NCBI GenBank assembly: GCA_964016885.1
Contig: OZ024742.1
Span: forward strand, 136,090,001-136,154,000
DNA length: 64,000 bases
Source of the DNA: Eledone cirrhosa
Lineage: Eukaryota
Direction of reading: 5' to 3'
Positions 54,374 through 64,000 of this stretch are shown here, one piece after another (within the stretch, counting starts at the first letter, position 1; every line of letters begins with the position of its first letter). The position numbers and the translations under genes are program-made. The notes beneath the pieces were generated by a model. That model was not told where the DNA came from. It made no database searches and worked only from the letters and a program-made list of their open reading frames with translations.

Positions 54374-54577
54374 ATGTGTATATATATATATATATATGCA
54401 TGTGTGTATATATATGTATGTGTGTATATATATATGTGTGTGTGTTGTGTGTGTATTTATGTATATGTATATGTATATATATGTGTGTGTGTATGTCTGT
54501 ATGTCTGTATATCTATGTTTATGTATATATGTGTGTTTGTATATATGTATGAATATACATATATATGTATATATATT

Positions 54578-54610
<33 letters not shown>
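52770..54610. repeat. ~1.8-kb TA/TATG/TG compound low-complexity tract
   Basis: Seen directly; interrupted at 53473-53570 and ~53765-53855. Confidence 0.95.
53473..53570 (-). mobile_element. TA-embedded short repeat, paralogue of 23720-23859
   Basis: Direct sequence match; carries the GAGTAC motif on the minus strand. Confidence 0.75.
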
Positions 54611-54611
<1 letters not shown>

Positions 54612-54799
54612 ACAAAGGAATTGTTGTAAAGAACCAGATGGACCATAACGCACCAGAGTACTCAATACTTAGGGTAGTAGAGTGGGAAACAGGAAAAAGT
54701 ATGACCCCGACGGCAGAGCTCAAGCCGTTTCGACGGCTATTTCCGGCCAGAAATAGCCGTCGAAATGGCTTGAACTCTGCCGTCGGGGTGATACTTTTT

Positions 54800-54802
<3 letters not shown>
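54612..54802 (-). mobile_element. Second full hairpin mini-element
   Basis: Hairpin 54691-54802 and tail aligned with 22865-23058; (TA)n on both sides. Confidence 0.85.
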
Positions 54803-54839
<37 letters not shown>

Positions 54840-54923
54840 TACGTTATTCTGGGTTGAATCGGAGGTAACCACAGTAAGTAAGGTACTCAATACATTGCAG
54901 AGTATAAAAGTTTTAATATAGAT

Positions 54924-55078
<155 letters not shown>

Positions 55079-55387
55079 CATACACACACACACACACACA
55101 GCTATTTTAAACCATATCTGCAAACTTTAATGTATATATTTTATTTATGTATACATATATGTAAGTAGGCATGTCTTTGTCCTGTACGTGCGTGCAGGAC
55201 AAAAATATAATCTTATGTATTGGAAACGGATGCATCATTCATGTGCGTTAACTCAAGTTTTATGACTATGAAGTTTTTTTTTAATTTTATACATACATAA
55301 ATACACACACACACACACACACACACACACGCGCACACACGCGCACACACGCGCACACACACGCACACACACGCGCATACGCACACG

Positions 55388-55450
<63 letters not shown>

Positions 55451-55723
55451 GCACACACATATATATATATACACACACATACATACATATATACATACAT
55501 ACATATATATGAATATATATGTATATATATATATACACATATATATGAATGTATATAACCCAACATCTCATGATTTCAAAGGAGGTTGTTTTATCCATTC
55601 AGTTATGCCAACCTCCATTTCAATCTCTACAGAAGCTTATATAGTCCGTTCGGACTATATGACGTGCATACATACACATAATTTGCGTCTTATCCTAAAA
55701 CTGGACAGAGCATAACGTCACTG

Positions 55724-55779
<56 letters not shown>

Positions 55780-55801
55780 CAGACACACACACATACACTA
55801 A

Positions 55802-55837
<36 letters not shown>

Positions 55838-55898
55838 CATATGTGCATATATATATATACATATATGCATATATATATATATACATATACATATATGC

Positions 55899-55932
<34 letters not shown>

Positions 55933-55939
55933 ATATATA

Positions 55940-55990
<51 letters not shown>

Positions 55991-55996
55991 ATATGC

Positions 55997-56027
<31 letters not shown>

Positions 56028-56032
56028 TATAC

Positions 56033-56123
<91 letters not shown>

Positions 56124-56287
56124 TTCAAGCACACATGTCATATCCTAAAAACCAACACAATATCCATTCTGGATTTCTCACACTCTCTGTTTCACGTCAT
56201 TTTCCTTCTTTTATATTTGCATACACATACACACACACATACACACTCTTTTTCCCTCACTCCCTCTTGCTCTCTCTCACCGACTCA

Positions 56288-56364
<77 letters not shown>

Positions 56365-57324
56365 ACTCTCTCTTGTAGACAAAGATGTACAAACACGTAT
56401 TCTGTCTCCCCCTGTCTCTCAGCAAACATTATCTTTCATTCTCTTTTCTCACTTAGGCTCTCTTTACTGACACAGACTCTCTCACTCTGTCCCTACTTCA
56501 ATCTCACTCTCTCGTGCACATACATAGAGACGCAATCATACACACACACACACAGGCTCTTTCAGCAAGCACTTTCTCTTTCATTCTCCGGTCTCTCGTC
56601 AATCCATCCACTCCGCCTACATTCCGTCTTTACTGCTAAATACCATACCCACCCATTGCTTCATCTTTTCTCACGATAACTAAGATCGGACAGACAAGTG
56701 TGTGGACTGACCACGTTGAAAAACAGGCAAAAACAAACTGTCCGTGTTTAACTCTTCTTGGCTGACGTTGTCGGCGTGCCGTGCGAAGTGTGTCAGGTGC
56801 TAGAATACAACATACATACACACACTCACATATACACATTCACACACACACACACATACATACACACACATATATATATTCATTTATATATCTATGGTGA
56901 ACGCCTACTTTATTATCGTATTTTTTATACCGTCGATATGGCGTCCCTACTACACAAGGCAGAAAACCTGACCAGGTATGTACACCATATACAATCGTGA
57001 TTTTAAAAGGAACAATTGCACTATACAATATATATAAGTACATACGTTGATTTCTTTTAAAGATTAATCTCCTACTCATCCATATGAGATATAGAACACA
57101 TTTAAACACATATAGATAACTATAACTATGTGTGTTTTATGTGTATGATTATATATGTATGTCTGTCTATATGTATATCTATATATTACAGTGTGTGTTT
57201 CGAAAAACCCATTGTACTTAAAACTTTCTAACATTAACTGAACGAGCACTGAGTATAAGTTTTATTTTCTTCGAATTCCCAGCTTAGTCTCTTCATATAT
57301 ATGTTCCCAACTCTCTCTCTCTCT

Positions 57325-57405
<81 letters not shown>

Positions 57406-57619
57406 ATATACAATAATTCTTATATTCTGTTATAAGATTGCGACCATACTGGTGCAACGCCTTATTTCTCTCTTTTTAAATATTCATGAACACAGACACA
57501 CATACCCTCCCCCCTCACACACACACATACAAAGTCACTGACATACTCACATACGTACAAGCATATTTGAGTTTATTTCCTATCTTACTTTACTGATGCA
57601 GAGACCATTGGTTTATTCT

Positions 57620-57835
57620 CTCTATGTTGGAGTTCCAGTTGAGTATTCGACAGACGCGTACACCGTCAACGTAGTTCTCAGAACAATTCAGCTTAACAGT
57701 GTGTTATAAGGCCATTTGAATTGGATGGGATAAAAATAAAGTGTCTTGCTCAAGGACATAACGCCCCGCCGGGAATAGAAAACACAATCTCACAACTGTT
57801 TACCGAAGATACAAACGCCTAAACCACACGTCTTC
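57620..57835 (-). mobile_element. SINE family B
   Basis: aaataaagtgtcttgctcaaggacataacgccccgccgggaatagaa. Confidence 0.65.
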
Positions 57836-58386
57836 ATCATGGATTTATTACTTTATAACTTGCTGACAAGTGGGATTTTAATTCAAGTCTTCAGAAACTC
57901 AATGTATTGAGTCAGAGGTTTACTATACTTAATAGTTTAACAAGCTTTAATATTTGTCATTCAATCAACTTTTGTAAATGTTTGTCTTTTCTATTCTGAT
58001 AGACCTTACATGCATATAATATCACCATTTCCGAATATTGTGCAATTTATCCATGTCACGAACTGTATCAAAATATCTTTTGATTGACTGATAATACTTT
58101 AATTTTGTATACATCTACATATATAACTATTTTACCTATCTATCCGTCTATCTTTTCTTTACACCCCTCACGCTCACACACATTATATATATATATATAT
58201 ATATGAGACTATGTGTGTTTTATGTGTATGATTATATATATGTATGTATGTGTATATGTATATCTATATATTCCTTGAAAAACTTCAAGTACAGATATTT
58301 AACTTCAGTTGCTCTTTTCCAATTTATTCATGGCCTTGTGTATGAGTGTTTGTTAATGTGTCTTTGTAAAAGTGTAAATCTGTTTG

Positions 58387-58426
<40 letters not shown>

Positions 58427-59342
58427 GATATATACATATATATATATATACGTATGAACGTGTGTGATCTTGGGTCTGTTTTAGGGTGACACTCTGTTGC
58501 AAGTATTTGGGACAAGTCTCCAGTTTGAGGATGCATTACTTTCTTCCCCCCATCAGTTTCGGAGGCGCTGAAATGTGTTCATGTGCATAACCTCTCCCTC
58601 CCTCATTAAACTGTAAGCAACAAAACACACACACGCACACTCACACGCACACACACACGCAAGCGCAGAATCTCTCTCTATCATTCACCCCTTGCCGTGA
58701 CAATTATTAGGAGAAAAGAGACAGACAAACGCACAGGTTTAGTGAACATGTATTTCGGAATCGTGTGTGTGAGAGAGAGTATATATATATATATATATAT
58801 ATACTCTCTCTCACACTATATATATATATATATATATATATAGTGTGTGTGTTTGTGTGTGTGCTAACATCGCATATGTGTGTGTGTGTGCGTGCTAACA
58901 TCGCATATGCGTATGTGTGCCACAGTTTGGAATAGAGTATTTATGTTTCAGTTATTACATTTAGTCATTACCTTTAGAATTTATATAATGTATCATTAAC
59001 AGGAATGGCGACCGAATCTTTAGATATGCACGCACATATTTTTTTTCAACTCTATATTCCCAACCTTATTTTGTCACGGAACCCATGTTTATGTTTTGCA
59101 AATAATCCTCCACACCCAACCTAATTTTAATTAGATATTAATTGAAACAAAAACATATATTTGAGAGAATTTTGCTGATAGAAAATTACATAAAAATACT
59201 ATTAAATTTGATTTTAAAATAACTTATGGGAAACACTGCCCTAGGTCAAAACTGATTTTGTAAAAACCCCTCTCACTCTCATCCTCTCTAATAATAGAGA
59301 CAAAAGTCTTTATTATTATTTGACTATTTATTATTGTTATTA

Positions 59343-59590
59343 TGGCAGTGGATTGGTGGTATCGATAGAGTGTCGGACAACATGCTTCGTAGCATAGAGT
59401 TACATCCCTTTACATTCTGAGTTCAAATCCCAACGAGGTTAGCTTTGCCTTTCATCCTTACTGGATCGATGAAATAAAGTACCAGTCGCGCTCTGGGGTC
59501 GATTTAATCGACTTTCCCCTCCCCTTCAAATTGCTAGCCTTGTGCCTATAGTAAAAACAATTATTATCATTATTATTATTATTATTGTTA
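59343..59590 (+). mobile_element. SINE family A, long-tail form, full length
   Basis: Includes the ggtcgatttaatcgactttcccctcccc segment missing from the short-tail copies; (ATT)n tail. Confidence 0.85.
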
Positions 59591-61509
59591 TTCATTAAGT
59601 TTTTAGGTTCAGCATCCAAATATTTTCAGCGTCAATTTTGCCTTTCATATTTCTGGGATCGATAAAATATTGTTTCAATCAAGCAATGAGATTGACTAAA
59701 TCGATTAGGTCACCCACTCCCCGCCAATAAATTTAATTGTAACATTGTACTTGCGTCACATAATATTATTCTTTCATTTGTTTGTTTATTTTGTTTATTA
59801 ATTTACCCCAATGTGCATCTATTGGCTGTGTTATGTAACTAGACGTACATTCATAGCAACCTTAGCTACAGTTTCCTTATTGAATATAACTGTCACAACA
59901 TAGCAGAGAAGCTGATGGATGTGGGGCACACTTATGTATGTATGTGTTGTTGTTTAACTTTAGATCAACTCTGATCCAAGTTGCCTACAATCAAAGCCAT
60001 TCCTAACGTAATAATGCTGTATTTTGTCCAATATCCAGGGAATCTAGGATCACATTACCCAACGGTTACATTTCGGAGACATTGGCATTTAAATTGAGAT
60101 ATATTTGGCTGCTATATCTGGCAGATCAAGAAACCACGTAGCAGCCTCTTTGTTGGCTTAATGTATAAATTATGTAATTTAAGAATAGTCGAATGGTTAA
60201 GATGATCGCTTCACAATCCTTACGTCCTGGGATAATTACCCCTCTGTCGCTCCATCTAAGACAAGTGGTTTCTACTTTAGCAGTTAGAAAAAATATCACT
60301 ATGACTGCTACGAAAATGACTTCAGGTATGGCCTGCATTAAAAGATAAAGGACATCCACCACAACTATCACAAATTGGACAGATACCACACAATTATGGA
60401 GCGACTTTCTACGTGGCCGCACAATTTTGTAGAATATGTAATAATAGATAACCTACTGCGTGAAACAGAATTTGGAAATGTCATGTCTGTAAGGTCGTTG
60501 ATTATAGGTTTGTTGAAGTACCTTGGACAAAACAGCAACCACAGAGGCAAGGTCATCACAACCAACACAGATACAGAAACTCTAACATATCACAATTAGG
60601 AATTTGGAATGAATCATTGAATGTATTTTATTTACACTTTTAACATTCAGGGTTTGTGGCATTTATCCATGAGTTCAAACCAGACAATTCTCAACGTTGA
60701 TGTTCTTTTTCCAGTGTCGGTGAAAATACATAGCAGTGAAATTCTAACATTTATTTATTGTTACACGAGATAGATAGGATATTCGTTGGTGAGCTCATAT
60801 TCTGGGGAAAGATTTGTTGTGGAGCCTTCTCAAAGATCCGATCATTCTCAATCATATGTAGATAACTGGGTGTGGCCCACAGAATTAGCACTACAGATAT
60901 GCCATGTCTTCGTCTGGATGAGAGCAGCAGTGCGCACTCCTATGCTGTGTTATTGTGTATCTTTATTCGGTCGTATTGTTGTCTAGCTTTTTTGTTCCTA
61001 TATATAAATGGTTGATCATTTATCTATTTCTTGTATAGTTGGATGTTTATTGTTTGGTTGTTATTGTTGAGATTTCCCTTATACCGTTTAGTTGGGCATC
61101 GGATGCTCACGCCTTTTGGGCATTAGGTTGAAATTTTCCTTGTATATATATATATGAACAAAAGAATAATTTTAAGTCTCAAATTATTGCATCTGTTGCG
61201 CTACTGGAACTTTATATTTACTTGTGTTTCATTTCTGCTACTTATGTGTGTTAGTTATTTACCGGGTATTGTGTTCCATGTAGTCAGTCGCAAGTCTCGT
61301 TGGCAAAAAACCCGAAATTGTCTTTTCTTTTAAAGTCAGAATGCGCGAAAGACATTCCAAGTGAAGGGCGTCAACTATCTCAACCAACCAAAAAGTGTAT
61401 GCGTTTGTGTGAATTGGAACGTGCGTGTTTGTGTGTTTCTTATTATTTACCAATTAAAATATATGTGTAGGTTTAGCTACACACACACACACACACACGC
61501 ACACGCACA

Positions 61510-61606
<97 letters not shown>

Positions 61607-61612
61607 GTTTAG

Positions 61613-61906
<294 letters not shown>

Positions 61907-62916
61907 CATATATATATATATGAGAGAAACAGACCGACAGACAGAAAATAAATAAATGCGTGACCAATTTTTAGGCCATGGCAGTTCGTCATTGTTTTTT
62001 AACCCAGCACATGTAGCATGACCAACGAGTTGGAGATCATGTCATGTCTATGTTGAGCTTATTTGCAGCTTATCTCTTCTCGGAAAGGTTAATTTTGCTA
62101 ATTTACTATATTCAAGGGAAGGAGTTCGCGCGGTGGTACACTGTACAGAACCGTATTAAACTTGTTATATAATTTAGTTCCCTCTTATGCCAATGCCCTG
62201 AGTCCAAACAATTCCAAGAACAAAATTCCTTAAGAATGTTCATAAAATGAATACAAGTAATATGACCGATTCTGATGTCCATAATGCATCTACAGTTTGA
62301 ATTTGTACTAATGTAAAAACCATTACTAATGAACAGTTTCAGAATCAGTAGGACACCGGTGTTGTGAGTTGAAATGCTATCTAGCATCAATCATGCAGTT
62401 TAGGTCCAATACAAATTGTATTCAGATGGGCGTATTTCGACTTTTCAATCATCCGAAATCGAATTAGATATATACCAGTCATGCTTTGGAGGCGGGCAAT
62501 TCGATTTTGTACCATCTCACCAACAATTTGGCTTCTTATTTCTCTTTTCCCAATGTAAGTAATCGATTATTTTCGGCGCGGAGATTACAAAGAATACCGA
62601 TGCCAGAATGCATCAGAATGGTTATCAGAAATAATTCAGTGCAATGTACGGTGAATATAGATTTCTCTCTTTCTCCCTCTTTTTCCCCATTACAATTTCT
62701 CACTCTCTCACTCACTCTGTACTCTTCTATCTTTCTCTGTTCTCGGGACATCGATCATTTTTCAGTTAATCAATCCTTACAGACAACAGCAGCAGTGCTT
62801 TAAAAATTCCTCCAGACTGACAATAATCTTGGAACAGACGACAGATTGTCAATTGTCTGCTGTCTTATTGTCCCTTTCATATATCATCAGAAAAGTACAT
62901 TGAATCTCATTCTCTT

Positions 62917-63008
<92 letters not shown>

Positions 63009-63170
63009 TGTGTATGTATATATAATGTATGTGTGTATGTATATGTATATATGTATATATACATATGTGTATGCATGTATATGTGTATGTATGTGTATAT
63101 GCATATATATATATATACATATACACACACATACGCACACACACACATATATATATATACCCCCCCACCT

Positions 63171-63210
<40 letters not shown>

Positions 63211-63349
63211 TGTATGTATGTGTGTGTGTGTGGGGGGGGGGGGTTGTCCTGTGCATATACATAGTTTTTCTGAAGTGGATTTCGGATGTGTATTTGTGAC
63301 AAATATTTTATATACTCCCTCAGACACACGTAAAATATGAATGTATATA

Positions 63350-63448
63350 ATAATTATTTCTACTTTTGGCACAAGGCCAGCAATTATCACTGTACATTAC
63401 TGGTACTTTATTTTATCGACTCCGTAAGGATGAAAGGCAAAGTTAACC
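63350..63448 (-). mobile_element. 5'-truncated SINE family A, short-tail subfamily
   Basis: ggcacaaggccagcaattat...cattactggtactttattttatcgactccgtaaggatgaaaggcaaagttaacc. Confidence 0.85.
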
Positions 63449-64000
63449 TATAATATTATTTATACTTATATATACACTATATATAATTATAAACAGGAAA
63501 GGTCAGTATTTTTTTTATTTTTTACTACCTTAATACCAGTATGAAAAATAGCTCAATGTAAATACATCAGATGTTTTACAGAGCAGGAATATAAATTACA
63601 GAATTTGAACATAGTTTTGATTATTCTGTAATTTATATGAATGTATATATGAATTCTTCGATTATAAGGTGTATGTCCTTATAGACTCCTTACTTGTACG
63701 ATTAGTATATGCAATAATATGACCTGGTAAATACATTTTGAATGCATATACGAATGTATATATTGTATATAAAAATAAGATTTCCTTCATATGTATGTAT
63801 ATACATATATATATATATATACATATATATATATGTGTTTGTGTGTGTGCATGTGTGTATAGGAGGCTAATATTCACTCTAAAGATGATTAGATGTATAT
63901 ATTTATCTCTGTATATATGTATGCATGCATATATATATTTATGTATATACGTACATATGTACGTACCTCAGTTCGTATGTAGATGTCTGTATATTCTGCT

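Overview
This is eukaryotic, AT-rich, microsatellite-dense DNA whose repeat families resemble those of an octopus/coleoid cephalopod (taxon inferred, not verified). No intact host CDS could be demonstrated, and nearly all ORFs in the track are simple-repeat artefacts. The window is mostly mobile-element debris: a full-length decayed Tc1 (3.6-4.9 kb), R4/Dong, RTE and CRE LINE fragments, two clear Helitron-type non-autonomous elements, a hAT element, a MITE and many tRNA-derived SINEs, including a SINE>hAT>Helitron nest. It may lie within a large + strand gene: there is a promoter-like region and first exon at about 9.1-10.1 kb, plus two candidate phase-2 ATG exons. The most notable signal is a set of short (TA)n-embedded, Penelope-like terminal modules that share a GAGTRC tail motif. 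Some carry hammerhead-ribozyme folds, three of them with an unusual U-U closure of stem II and two with covarying stem I. Some carry long 5' fold-back hairpins whose two arms change together between copies.
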